In this document: positions 1 through 13,100 of the stretch, piece by piece
How the letters are laid out: every line of letters starts with the position of its first letter
Position numbering within the stretch: the first letter of the stretch is position 1
Source: Tubiluchus corallicola
Taxonomy: Eukaryota; Animalia; Priapulida
NCBI GenBank assembly: GCA_030141605.1
Contig: JAQGDQ010000622.1
Coordinates: 1-64,000, forward strand
Reading direction: 5' to 3'
DNA length: 64,000 nucleotides
Notes under the pieces: model-generated
Told to the model about the DNA's origin: nothing
The model's database searches: none
The model's input: the letters and a program-made list of their open reading frames with translations, nothing else
Program-made: the position numbers and the translations under genes

Positions 1-74
1 AAAAGAAAAATTACTATTTAATCCTTCTTTAACACTACTTGCTTGTTCATTGATTGGTACTTGATAGTTTTGTA
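1..74. repeat. Left arm of a perfect inverted repeat (may continue beyond the window edge)
   Basis: 1-74 (aaaagaaaaattactattt...gatagttttgta) is the exact reverse complement of 717-790. Confidence 0.95.
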
Positions 75-196
75 GTTTTAAATATTAGTGATCAAATACT
101 TGAAATAGGAACTCCAATACTTGTGCATGCATTAGTTATTTTCCAGTTTAGAAAATGGAAGGCTAGATGTCTGTTTATAAATCTCGTTGTCCTTAG

Positions 197-317
197 ATGA
201 CATAATTCGTAGGAAACTGCTCATAGAGGGTGACGGAACAGGAAGCGATACACGTATCAACACTTTCCTGAAAACATTCTACAGATGGGCAGCATCACCG
301 ACAAATGATGAAGAAAG
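197..317 (+). CDS. THOC7: THO complex subunit 7, coding exon 2 (opposite strand to the putative exon 1)
   Basis: ccttag|AT GAC ATA...GAA GAA AG|gtagc translates as (D)DIIRRKLLIEGDGTGSDTRINTFLKTFYRWAASPTNDEE. This resembles the THOC7 N-terminus (human DDEVIRKRLLIDGDGAGDDRRINLLVKSFIKW, from memory). Confidence 0.88.
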
Positions 318-716
318 GTAGCTATTTTTTTCTCGAATCTGCAGCGCTTCTCATAACATTGTGATATCTATTCTTCACATTGAATCTAAAGTATTGACTG
401 CTTGCAATGAAGTTGTGCATAATAAATGAAGCAGGAAATCAGCGGCATATCAATTGTTGCTGTGCTGTTGAAGTACACATTATGTTACGCTTGCGAAATT
501 TTAGAAATCTTTATGATGTGCGAAATCAAACATCTTTACAGTTCCTGCCAAAATAATTTGTCGATCTCATGAATCTGGGTAAAGTTTTCATTTCCGCTTT
601 TTACTGATGCTTTCTTACCTTATAAGCTGGCATACTTTCACATTGCCCGCCATTTAAACCATTGGCACTTTTTTGTGCCAGAGTTTATCTTCGATGTTTG
701 ATGTAAATATTTGCAT

Positions 717-790
717 TACAAAACTATCAAGTACCAATCAATGAACAAGCAAGTAGTGTTAAAGAAGGATTAAATAGTAATTTTTCTTTT
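717..790. repeat. Right arm of the perfect inverted repeat
   Basis: tacaaaactatcaagtacc...taatttttctttt is the reverse complement of 1-74. Confidence 0.95.
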
Positions 791-1449
791 GAGAAACCGC
801 AGTTTTCTTGAGATAAAGTCTTGGGATCTCAGTAATGGTTGGAAAATATGATCATGAATATTAAATGAATCTCGAACACATAATCTACGTAATAAATGAG
901 GGAGACACATACTATATAATAAGTGTACATACTATACTATACATACTATACACATACTAATAAGCAAATTATTCAATTCAAAATGTAAAACTTTACAAAC
1001 TATCATGAGATAACTTAAATACAGTAAAAAATTATTTCTTTTGCTCATAATCACCCAATAGCGAATGATTCACCCAAAAAAATAGAAAATGTACGCTAAA
1101 TATAGCTCTCATTTGACAATGCACATGGCCAGGCTGCTGCTCAGTCTGACAGAGAAGTGCAGTTTAAATGACAAATAGCTGTGTCTTTCTTAAATAGCAG
1201 TCTGTCGTTTGTTAGTGCAGCGATGAGACTTCATATGTCCGAGGTGTTCCAGAAGCCTAGGTGGTAGCTTACGTATTTGTAGGAGAGTCAACAACCCACA
1301 CTGATTGGAAGGTTAATTAGACTGTTGTACAAGTTGAAGAAAAACGAAATACTATAATAGCTGTTCCCTTTGAAAATATTTCATGTTTTGGTTTCATGTT
1401 GAACGTTTCTTATTAGATTTTGTTAGTCTAGTTATGGTGGCATGCAGTT

Positions 1450-2700
1450 TAGATAGGCGAAGATTAAAGAATAATAAAGTGTGCAAATGGGAAGCAGATA
1501 AACAATAATTTAAATGAAAGATTATTCCTATATTTTTAAACAGATTATTCCTGTATTTTCAGCAATCTTTAGACTAATTATCTTGACATGAAATTCCAAT
1601 CAAGATATTCATGAAAAATTACCCCGAGAAATTCAGTAGACTGAACTTGTTAGCAATGGAGGGAAAAGATTTATTTTTGCAACAAAACAAGATGTAGGGA
1701 CACATTTAAAGTTAGTTTATGATCTTTTAAACCAGTTGAAAATGTCATCTAAACTTTGATTTATACTAATTAGATTGAAATTTTTGAAGTAAAGAAACAG
1801 AGTGATGTCGTCTGCAAACTGAACTATATGCAGTTTTAGAACCACTAAAAATGGATTTATGTCATTGATCTAAATTAAAAGACAAAAAGGCCCTAAAATG
1901 GACATTTGTGAGACTCCACAATTAATAGGTAATTCATTAGAGATATAATTATTGCAACTGACACCCTGAGCATGATAAAGTAAATGACTAATTAGCCATA
2001 TATTTGTTACCCCTCAAAAGCTGAATAACGATAATTTATGCAATAATATATTATGGTCAACTGTATCAGAATCTTTAGGTCACAGAACATGCCAGCTATG
2101 ATAGAACTGTTTGATAGCACTAATAATGGTTTCACAAACAGTAAGTAATGGAAGATTGACAGAACAACATTCTGTGAACCCTAACTGATTATCCTTTAAA
2201 ATGCCATGTTTCATTGAATAATTGTACATTATAAGCACAATGTTCAAAAGTTCTAGAAAAGACCGGTAACAAAGATATGAATCAATAAGTATTTACCAGA
2301 ATTGGATCACCATATTTAAACATAAGTAAAGATAGTTTTTTAAGATTATGAGGTACAGGTACTACACCCGGAGAAAAATAATCATTTATCAAGTTTTGCT
2401 AGAACTGAGAGCTTTACATATATTACAAATTTCCTCTGGTGTAGTGGGCTGGAAGAATGATAGGGCAAAGCTACATTGTAAAAACTGATTTGAGGAAACA
2501 TGACTAAAATTGATTTGATTTAGGTATATAGGCATAATTAGTTGAGGCATGTCAGCAACCTAGATACCTATCTACTGACAATATCTAAGTTTAGCTCTTT
2601 TTCCAGTCTCTGCATGCAAAAGGTTCCTTAAATTTTAGTAGACTGCTAAACAGATGTTCCCCTGTTAACGGCTTGGAGATGGAATCTTTGAAAGCAGTCA
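1450..2700 (-). mobile_element. Decayed non-LTR retrotransposon (CR1/L2-like) reverse transcriptase remnant in THOC7 intron 1
   Basis: Minus-strand translations ISLLPVFSRTFE (~2250-2280) and INCGVSQMSILGPFCLLI*INDI...VQFADDITL (~1800-1930) match the RT motifs ISLL..FSK.FE, GVPQGSILGP..F..YIND and FADD; stops and frameshifts present; ends approximate. Confidence 0.8.
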
Positions 2701-2851
2701 CACATTTAAAATTCACGTATAACTCACATTTCGCAAGCCTTGAAATTTTCAACAAGTTACTAAAGAACTAGCTAATGTGATTGACTAATAAAAAAAACTA
2801 GTAAAAAACGGCATGATTCTTGAAATGAGAAATACTGTAATAACAGTTTAC

Positions 2852-2864
2852 CGTCCGTCGCCAT
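2852..2864 (-). CDS. THOC7: THO complex subunit 7, putative coding exon 1 (MATD + 1 nt)
   Basis: Minus strand reads aacATG GCG ACG GAC G|gtaaac in a CpG-rich patch. Its phase-1 end joins the exon-2 start (G+AT = Asp) to give MATDDDIIRRKLL; it is divergent from ATXN7. Confidence 0.72.
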
Positions 2865-4126
2865 GTTCCACCCGAAGGCCGCGTAAACTAATCTAAGCGA
2901 GATAAAAAGTACAAATTCGGGGCCACGGCTTATAGCAGACGACAGATGAACAATTTATAACCCACAGAGTAACCAAATTATGTTACTGGTTAATCAATGA
3001 ACTAAATAATTACAAATTGGATAATTGAATTATTTAAGAACAAATTCTTTTGTTAACTTTATGTGAGGACAGGGGTGGTTGACTTGGTAATTTTTTCACA
3101 ACCCCCGTCTCCCGTAGTATAAATTTTTATCTTATTATTTTGTTCATATTATTTTGTCTTTGCACTGAAGGAGACTAATAAATAAATATTCTGTTCTTTC
3201 TATTCTAACTGACTTATTAATTTACTGACAATCTGACATGTTGATGACGAAAATAATCAAAGAATTTATTGACCGACTGACAAAATGAAATTACGTACCA
3301 AACTGATTAACTTATCCATTGGCATAATTAATTTGCCGACTATACTTAATTTGTTAACTTTTTAATTTCCAGTACCATTGAGCGGCAGAATTTGAGCCAC
3401 GAAAAGGACCAGCTGATTAGCTGAGTGCGATTGACTAGCTATAGCTTGCAGTAGCACATATATATACATTAATTGATGGCTCGGCGCAAATGCTGGCATT
3501 CTTGCAATACAGGGCCAATTAATTAATTAACTGACGAATTTATACTGATCACCAACTGAATCACTAAGTAACAAATGACTACAATGAAATTACTATTTTA
3601 ATTAATGAATTAACTACCTCATTTTTTAATTTTTTGTAGATGCGCTACCTTTGACAAAAATTAAAATAAGTGCATACTAATATAATCAGCAATAATTATA
3701 ATTATCCAGTCAATCCGTTAGTTGGTAAGTCACCTAGTTAGTTAGAAATTTTGACTGTCAGGCCATCAGTGAATAATCATGTTGTCAACTAACTATTCAA
3801 TCCTAATCTATCTATGCACCACATTAATACAATACATTGGTGGTTGATAAAATATTGTGTATTGTAGAAAATCATTACTTTCGATATTTTGTACTGTAAA
3901 CTTGCTAATATAATTAATTATATATATAAAAAACGAAATCACCAATGCCTATATTTTTATGAGCCGTGCTAACGCATGGAAAGCAAATCAACAGTAGCAG
4001 TTTAGCAGCTGTTTTTGCTCCTCAAACAGCTGTATATATTTAATTTAAGCGGCCGCCGAGTCCCATCGACGTCATTTTCGGGTTATTCCGAATGCATTCG
4101 CCACTAGAGTAATAAGTCGGCTCAAA
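2865..4126. promoter_or_regulatory. Probable bidirectional promoter region between THOC7 and ATXN7
   Basis: About 1.26 kb between divergent ATGs; CpG-rich patches at ~2850-2945 and ~4045-4135; YY1-like AANATGGCG motifs overlap both start codons. Confidence 0.55.
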
Positions 4127-7100
4127 ATGGCGAAAAGTGAAGATAGTCCCACGATGTTTATGGGACAAGCCTGGAGCACTTGGGCAGACAGGATAGAAGA
4201 TTTAAAGGGTACGAGTTAAACTGTGTTTAGTGATTGTTATTATCCTTATTATAGTCACAAAGCTGACATTGTTTTCTTTTATTTTACTGGTATTTGGAAA
4301 CGTGCCAAAACTCATTATTTTGGTATGACGTGAGTAGAGGGTAGCGAAAATCACGTTGACCTGCCACAGCGAGTCTTACCTGAAATCCTGGGGAGATATT
4401 ACATGTTTGGAAAGTGGGCTTACTAGTCACACCGAAGACGTTGTCAAGACGTTTATAAGCAATAGAGGTATTTGTGAGATTCCACTAATGGTAAGGAAGG
4501 ATCTAAAGCTTAGGTAGTTTACTGATTCCTGCAGATTAGTAAATGAATGCTGATGATTTCTACCTCATTTTAGATTTGGGGCCTTTCTTGCGGCATGCTT
4601 GATTGCTAAGAGGCACCTGTCCTGCAAGCGTGCCTTCAGCTTTTATTTTCAAACTCCGCAAATTTGTCTGAAACCCATACAGGCTAAACAGAACAGTTTG
4701 CACACTTCTCAAAAATTTGCAATAAAATGCTTTTGTGAAGAATGATTGAGAAGTCTTATCTTGGTATGTCATGGACAGCATAGGGAAACCCTGAGTGGCT
4801 AGTGAGTTATTAACGAAAATGCAGCAAGATATTTAAAATTTATAAAGTTTCCAGTTTATCGCTTGGCTAATGCGTCATTTCACGAGGCTTGTGTCACATC
4901 ATGTCAGAGTTTAGGGATGCCACGAATCTGAAATTACTGAATCCGAATCTCAATAATTTTTGAGTCAGGGCCAAGTCTGAATCTGAGTTTAAAATAATTT
5001 TTGAATCCGGATCAAATCCGAATCACAATTTAAAATAATTTTCAAAAGCAAATCGAATTCGCATCTCAATTTTTTTGTTATTTTTTAAATCGAATCTCAT
5101 TCGAACCTACACGGTTTTTAATCAAATTATGGCAGATTGATAAGGCACTAGTGATTTTCAAGGGAAACAGATTACAGATAATCTGTTTGAGCAGTGAACA
5201 GCACAGCTGACAGTAATTCTGCAATAATAATTTCCTGTGCTGGATATATACTGAAACTGAATAGTGACATTTGTAGGACATCATCATCAAAAAGGCAGCG
5301 ATTTAAGTAATTTTGCAGAAAAATTTATAGGTAAAAGAGTGTATTGTAAGAAAGCGTTACCAAATTGTGTTTGCATACAAAGCTAAGCCAAATTTTTTTA
5401 AATGCTTGGCAAAATTGTTCAGTACTAAAATAATATAGAACTTCAGTGAATCGAATCGAAGCTGTGATTCGTGACATCCTTATTTGGGTTGTTATAGTTC
5501 TGTTGGTCTGGTAGCATGCAGTAGAACTACTTTTTTTACTCAAATCAGAGAAACTGGCATTGCTGCCCATCCAAGTAGGTATGGCAGCAGGCATGTAGCT
5601 AAACTAATAGAATTTGGCTACCAGAGTCATAGTTGTTTTATGTGTAGTTGTTTGACCCAAGCAATAACAATTTGTTCTTAAGATTTTTAGTCTGCTTGTT
5701 ACTGTCTAAAATTTAATACTGTTTTGCAGCACATAAAACCTTTTAATACTGATACTAGTAGATTATAGATTTAGGTCATTTGAAATTGAATCAAATAGTT
5801 TGAATAGAACATCCATGTTACTTGTTAATTCCACCAGCATTGTCTTTTACCTTGCATACAAGCTATTATCTACTGTTTTAGTCATTGTATTCAAGCCACA
5901 GCTAATAGTATTTTTCTGTGCTGTTTTTGTATAAGCGAATTTTTGTTTTGATCTAGCATTTCTATTTTTTTTTGTTGTAGTAGGTAAAGTAGAGGAGACT
6001 CTTGAAATGAAGAAGAAGAAAGACTGTGATGCAATGAAGCTGAGAAAAGAAGGTAAAAACTTGTAACAGTTTCCTAAATTCTTATTAAATAACGTTAAAA
6101 TGTTCGGCCCAACAGATGATGCATTTGTTCTTGTCACCTGTTTCCATACGAATTTTGAGTATTACAGCGATAGGTACAAGTGGTGGTGTTGGCGTTACCC
6201 AAGTTTCTGGTACATATTTGGTAGGCCACTGCTGCCAGTTGAAACTTAAAAACCTACACAATAATGCTGTAATGTGCATGATGGCTACCTTTGTGATCTT
6301 TTGTACAAATTGCAAAAACTTAATCGTACAGAATATATTGAGAAATGTGTTGTTTGTTTGAATTATACAGACGACAGTGTCCGTTAACAAACAAACAAAG
6401 CTTTATAAGCATGCCAGTTATTTAATTTTATTTTTATTGTGCAAATGTCTGTTTAAGAATTGAAACTCAGCAATTAAAAATGCTGCTTTGGTTTTGTGTT
6501 GTCTCAATTTTAATGATATAAACCACAAATGCAGGACCTGTGAACAAAATAGCTTGTGGCTTTACAGTGTTTGTTCAGTGTTCAAGCTCTTTTTTATTAT
6601 ACTATTTGAATTTTGTTCTTCACACCCATAGTTCAGAACTGCGCATAAGATGATTGAGTCATATGGCAACTGGTGATAATGACATAAAGCCAGTAATATT
6701 ATCATGTTCTTTTGAAAAGCACAATTAAATTCATTCTATTTGTTGAACCAGTGGTGTTGATCCAGATTCTGCTGTAAGTTAATTATGCAATGTCATTTGG
6801 TTATGATTTAATGTTTCTGTCGCGTTTTTTGCAGATATGGCATTGTTTGGATATTGTCCAGTCCAAGATGAATTCTACTTGGTTGTATGTGAACAATGCG
6901 GACAAGTGATCAAACCACAGGCTTTCAAATCACACACAGGTAATGCAAGAGAAGGAGAGTGACACTGACACTGACATTAGGAAATTAAAGGGCTGAAGGA
7001 AAGAAAAGTGTTATACACTGTATTCTAATTTATATTTAGTTATATTCTAAATATAAATTTTTATATAAGGTGTCCCATGAGATGTAACTAGTTTTAGTAC

Positions 7101-10100
7101 TTCTTGTATAGACTTGTGTTACTTTTGTGTACTGTTTCAGGTATCTTGGAATCAGTGTCAGTGACAGTGCACTTGCACCTGCTGATTTCTTTTTTATACT
7201 CTATTTATACATGCATAAATGTTAATAAATAAAATAAAATAAAAATAGGAGGAAGAGAGTGCTAAAATGTGGCAGCAAAAGATGAAAAAGTAGAAAGTGG
7301 AAATCTTCATTTGATCTCTGATTTTACCTTGCATACATTACACAAACACAAGCAGTAACTAAAAACTAACTACCACAGTGTCATCAGATTAAAATGTACT
7401 TAAGATATAGACTAATTTTAGCATTTCTCAATTAGTGTAAATGAAACGTCTACAAATATTAGAAACATCATTATCGTCGCTTTGAAGATATTCATGAACA
7501 GTTTTCAGATTTCTAGGTTTCAGGAAAGACATTTTCATCACAAGTGGAATAAAAATTTGACTAGGTTTAGAATAGCATGGTAAATAAGTAAGTGAAGAAG
7601 TAAGTGAGTAATATGAGTGAGTAAGATCTTTTGTTCCCATAAAAAGTTTCCATTCTCCATAGCTACTTTATAATAAGTAATTGTTAGCATAAATTGAAAT
7701 CAATATTCACACAAGCTGATTAACGACAATTGCATTTAAAATAGCTGCTAATTTCCATACAGTTTGTAATAAACTTACAATACATCATTAGTTTGTTATT
7801 ATTAACTAATTGCGCCTGCACCTCGTTAATGGAGCGAGTAATAAGTAGAACTTATTATATACATGGGAAAGTTATAGCAAGTGATTTTGTCATGCTGCCT
7901 CCGTCTTGCCTCATCGAGAGAGGATGTATGTATATTATAACATGACGATGTCATCTTCATACAGGAGTATCACGCCTCCGTACACGAGTATCCCACCTTT
8001 ATACACGAGTATCCCACTTTCGTACAGGAGTACCCCACCTTCGTACAGGAGTACCCAGCCATCATGCGGGGGTACCCCACCATACAGGAGTACCCAACCT
8101 TCATACAGGAGTTTCCCACCTTCGTACAGGAGTATCCCACCTTCATACAGGAGTATCCCACCTTCATACAGGAGTACCCCACCTTTGCACAGAAGTATCC
8201 CACCTTCATACAGGAGTATCCCACCTTCATACAGGAGTGTCCCACCTTCATGCAGGAGTATCCCACCTTCATACAGGAGTATTCCGCCTTTATACAGGAG
8301 TATCCCACCTTCGTACAGGAGTATCCCACCTTCGCACAGGAGTATTGCCTTCACACAGAAGTATCCCATCTTTGCACAGAAGTATCCAACCTTCATACAG
8401 GAGTATCCCACCTTCATACAGGAGTACCCCGCCTTTGTACAGGTGTACCCCGCCTTTGTACAGGAGTATCCCACCTTCATACAGGACTATCCCACCTTCG
8501 TACATGTGTAACCCACCTTCATACAGGAGTACCCCGCCTTTGTACAGGAGTATCCCACCTTCATACAGGAGTACCCCGCCTTTGTACAGGAGTATCCCAC
8601 CTTCGTACAGGAGTATCCCACCTTCGTACAGGAGTATCCCACCTTCATACACGAGTATCCCACCTTCATACACGAGTATCCCACCTTCATACAGGAACAT
8701 CCTTGATGATTACACAAGTTCTGCCTCACTGCAGCCGTCAGCATGATTAAGTAGGTCTTGTCATTGAGTGTTGGATATCGGTTTTAAATGTATAAAAAGT
8801 ACTTTTTTCTTGTCCTGACTATTCATAAGATAGGTGAAGATCTGCTTATTATAAAGTGTGTAGAGTTGCGTTAAATTATAATCATAAAAGTCATTCCCTG
8901 GTGTAACACAGTAAGAATTAAAGTGAAAATTTAGTTTTTTAATAAAAAAATTTCTTAGTGAAAATACTGAGTTACATATATATTGAAACTATTGAAATAG
9001 TCTTAGCAAAGTTTATTTTGAGTAGCATTGGCCTAAGCAGAATATATATACATCTAAAAGGTATCAAAGCTATCGCAGAGCGGAAGTAATGGAAGCAATT
9101 TTAAATTTACTTGTGTATATGGTAAGGGGAGTAAACAGGGAGCTCATGAGCAAATGAAAACTAGAGTTCTTGTTTGCAAAGTACAGTGTTAAGATTGTAG
9201 CCTTTCTTTGTTAACATTCTACTTTATCAGTTTATTACAATAATTTGTTTTAGGCACCAACATTTGTTTTTTGTTCCCGACACCCACCTAGATGAAAGAC
9301 GTCAACAATGCTGGAGTTTGGCTTAATAAACTAATTTTACTTTTGCTTACAGATATGAGGCACGGAGGCAGCGCCATATTTTCAAAGGTCAGTATTGCCG
9401 CTGTGTCCGAACCTCAGGAAACACCACGAGAACGGTCTCCAGCTCCTCCTGATTGGTCTAAGTCACCCACTCCTCCACAGACAAGTCGTACGGGTGCCCG
9501 CAATGCTGTGATGTCGTCGGACAGTGCCCAGTCCAGTCCTGTACCTGCCGAGGATAAACGTTATATGTTGCAAAATTCTAGCACTCGACTAAAAAATAAT
9601 AATAAAGCTATGCCAGTTGTCAAGGTAACCCATTCCTATTTTGATGTTTTTTTGTCATCAGTTTCTAAGAGACTACACGGAGGTAGGGTTTGCAGTCAAA
9701 TCCAAACATTCGAATTTGCAGTAAATTCATTCCAGTCCACAAGAGAAGTTTGTTGTTGCTGCTGCTAATTACTCATTTCATGTACAACATTTGCATGGGA
9801 ACTAAAAATTGTTAGGGGCATTAGTTCTAAGTCCTCATAGACATCGATGAATTTACCGTATTAATAGAGAAAAATTTGTGTATATCTGCTTAATCTGTAT
9901 ATCTGTACCAAATTGTGCAGTCTTGGCCGTGTTTGTAAGCTAAAGAAGTACTGAAAAAAATTCTATCTATAAGTTTTGCAAAACTTCTACGTATATCTAA
10001 ATCTATGTATTTGATTTGCAAATTTCGAATCTCAAATTCGAAATTTTCTTATTTAATATAATTCGGGAAACCTCTACTTCAAAATTTTCCACTTGATTAA

Positions 10101-13100
10101 CACCTTTACGCTGAGGTCTGAATTGCCTAAGGGATAATTTATGATTGAATGTTGTCTTACTGCTTCAAAAGTTTACGTTGCCACAACAACCAGTGGATAT
10201 TTGAAAAACATCATAAGTTCCCATTTAATCAGCTAATTGTATTTTGATATAGGTTGAACGAATGACAGATCTTCCCCCACCCACGCAGAAACCCAATTCC
10301 TCTCCACCTGTGCCCTCTCCTGTTATCCCAACCACCACACTATCTCCTTCTCCAAACATAATGTCTCCTACTCCTCCTCCTTTACTGTCTGAGATTTCTC
10401 GATTAATTTCCACCTCGGAGACAAGAGAGTTAGAAGTGACGATGCCACCAGCGATTGAGACAATAGTGGTTCATCCGATGGCACCTCCAAAACCCTTTCC
10501 ATTGCCTGTGAAGCCAGTGAAAAAGTCCAGGAGATTGCCAGGTGAAAGGAAGCTGCAGTTGTGTAAAGGTAATAAACTGTTGTATGTTTAACACAAGAAA
10601 TTGGTGTTGGTAAGTGAAATGCCGTTGCAGACAAGAAATAAGATTTCATAAATTTGTGCATCGTGGATTTCATTGTAATGACGTGGTGATGCTAATAGAG
10701 TTTTGTGTCATTTCAATTTTCCACATCTAGGTGAATCTGTGAATTGCTAACATTGGATTGTATTATACAGTAGGCACCACTTACTTTGAGACGGAAGTGT
10801 TTTGATCCAATTAACCAACAGATGTAGTGTAGCTGGCATAGAAGTATAAGCCATCACCTTAGTTATCACTGCAAAGGCTTTTAATGAATTTTAGAAATGA
10901 AGTAATTCCTTTGTGAAGTTATTTAAGAATACTAATATATACAAGTGATTTAATAATAAAATAAAAAGTATACTTTTCTAAATCACACAAGTCTGTTCGT
11001 TTATGAAAATTACAAAAGTTCCTTCAACATCGGTTGCTTCATTTTCTTGCGAAGAAGCTAGTTCACAAAGTTCTGACAATTATAAAAATGTTGAAAAACT
11101 GTTGCTGTATGATGCACGTATTTGCATAAAACAATTAGTGCTTGGTGTGCTTGAACTTGTGGTGCAGTTGGTGGTGCCCTTGCTTCTTGGCAAGTGATTC
11201 AACAGCATTCAACAGTAAACTGATTGAGCATGAAGAGCAGTGAGAGCTTCAAAAGCAAACCATTAGACAAGTGATTAAATGTTTAGCTTCCAGAAATTCT
11301 TGGGTAACGAGGCTAATTGCAGTGGACGAGCGGGTATGCTAACGTATTAGTGCATCATAAACGTGCCTACTTACAAACAAAACGGTACTTATCACGATAG
11401 TTTCTGCATTTATTAGAGCACAAAAGCTAACTAAGATGACATACAGGTAGTAAAAGCTTATTGGTCACACAAAAGTGTCTTATTAAAAGACGTAAAGCAA
11501 AAATATTGAGCTAATTATAATTATGCAGACTTATTTGAGTCAATTGGTGACAGTTATTACATTCATTTGAATAGGAGCAGCCCGTGCCAGGTGATTTTGT
11601 CTCAATTAGGCGATTGATTCTATTAACCGTGATACTAATAAATGGCGCCTACTGTATATGTTTTCATTGATGTAAATTGTGTTGCTTTGTTGTGATTACT
11701 GTATTGGATTGTGTTGTGTTATTGTACAATGAGCACAAATTAATAGTAAGTTGGTAGAGTCCTGCCACCTCAGAGAAGAACGCACCTAAATTTGTCTACT
11801 TGCTTTTATTCCTTTTCTTGGCTTTGTAAAGGAAAAGTCATGCAATAACATAGATTATGTGCATCAACAATTTAACTGCAATAAATTTTTTTGACTGTGG
11901 GCACTCAGCTTATGGAGCCACTTGGTTTCTCTGCCTCCTCTTTCGTTTCCAGGTGATGGAGATTCCAATTTTTTTTAATGCGTTTACCCTTGTCTGTGCC
12001 TAAATTGACAACATGTTCCTTAAACTTAAAGAATTAAAAGTTTTAAAATGGCTAATGCTTTGCTGCAGCGACTCACCTGAAAAGTAGATGTCTTTCCCCT
12101 AAACTAAAGAATCGGGCTTTAAAATGATACTCCACTGTGTGCTGTAAGTGTGGCGAACTGGCGAAAATTGCTTACCTGCCGAAACGATCGATCGACGCTG
12201 AGCATGCCTGGATTCTCACTGTAGCTTGATCTATTTTACCATAGTAGTAAACAATTCTGTATGGTATAGCATCATTTAATCAATTAGAATCATAGTGGTA
12301 GTAGGAGTGGGTGGAGCCCCACCTAGTACACGTATACACCTGGTTAGCAGTTAACGTGCTACACAGCGTAAATTTTGGCATATACCAATTTTTCTACCAT
12401 TATATTGCCTATTTCCAATTCGTATGGCTGCAATTATTGACATCTTAATTTCTTTCATTTGACAACTAAGATTCCAATCTCACTAGCTTTATTGCTTTGA
12501 CTATGCATGAAACATTGGTGTTTTCCTTACTTATTACAGACCGCGAGTTTGACCCAGATAAGCACTGCGGTGTGCCGTGGGCAGAAACGGGAGAACCCTG
12601 TACACGAAGTCTCACTTGTAAGGTATGTTAAAACATTTTCAACAAGAGCTGATTTTAATAGTGAATGTTGTCACTGCATGACATTTTCTACAGTTTTACA
12701 TTTTACCTCATTCAACAAATCGCTTTCAAAATTTGACTAGCTAATAACTGCCAATAAATAAGCCTTGCTTTAACCACTACATTTGTTTTGTGCATTGATT
12801 TTATTACTATTTCCCTTCACTGTTATAGACTCATGCGCTATCTCAACGCCGTGCTGTTCCTGGCCGTTCCATGCCATTCGACAAGTTACTTATGGAGCAC
12901 AGAGAATCCAGAGATGCAGCACTTATTGCTGCTGGACTGCCACCTGCCAGGTAAAGTATTCATGCAATTAATAAACTGCTTCAACTTTTTTAAAGTCAGT
13001 GATGGTGATTTTTTATCACATGCTATTCCAAAGTGTTGAGTGTACACTAGCCTCATCTGTTAGCTAGTGTGAAAATTAAACTTTGGGAAACTAATATGCA

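Noticed and set aside
6959-7172. Short inverted repeat cactgacactga / tcagtgtcagtg near the ATXN7 exon 3 donor
   Set aside because: Only ~12 bp of low-complexity sequence; cannot distinguish it from chance or an old MITE
7906-8750. Seven overlapping ORFs (YRSIPPS, QEYPTFI, LYEGGIL repeats)
   Set aside because: By-product of a stop-poor 21-bp (multiple of 3) minisatellite inside ATXN7 intron 3; the ATXN7 Zn finger splices cleanly across it
9682-10076. Possible MITE (gtagggttt...aaacctctac with TTCGAA-type subterminal motifs)
   Set aside because: TIR match is short and no TSD is evident; too degraded to call
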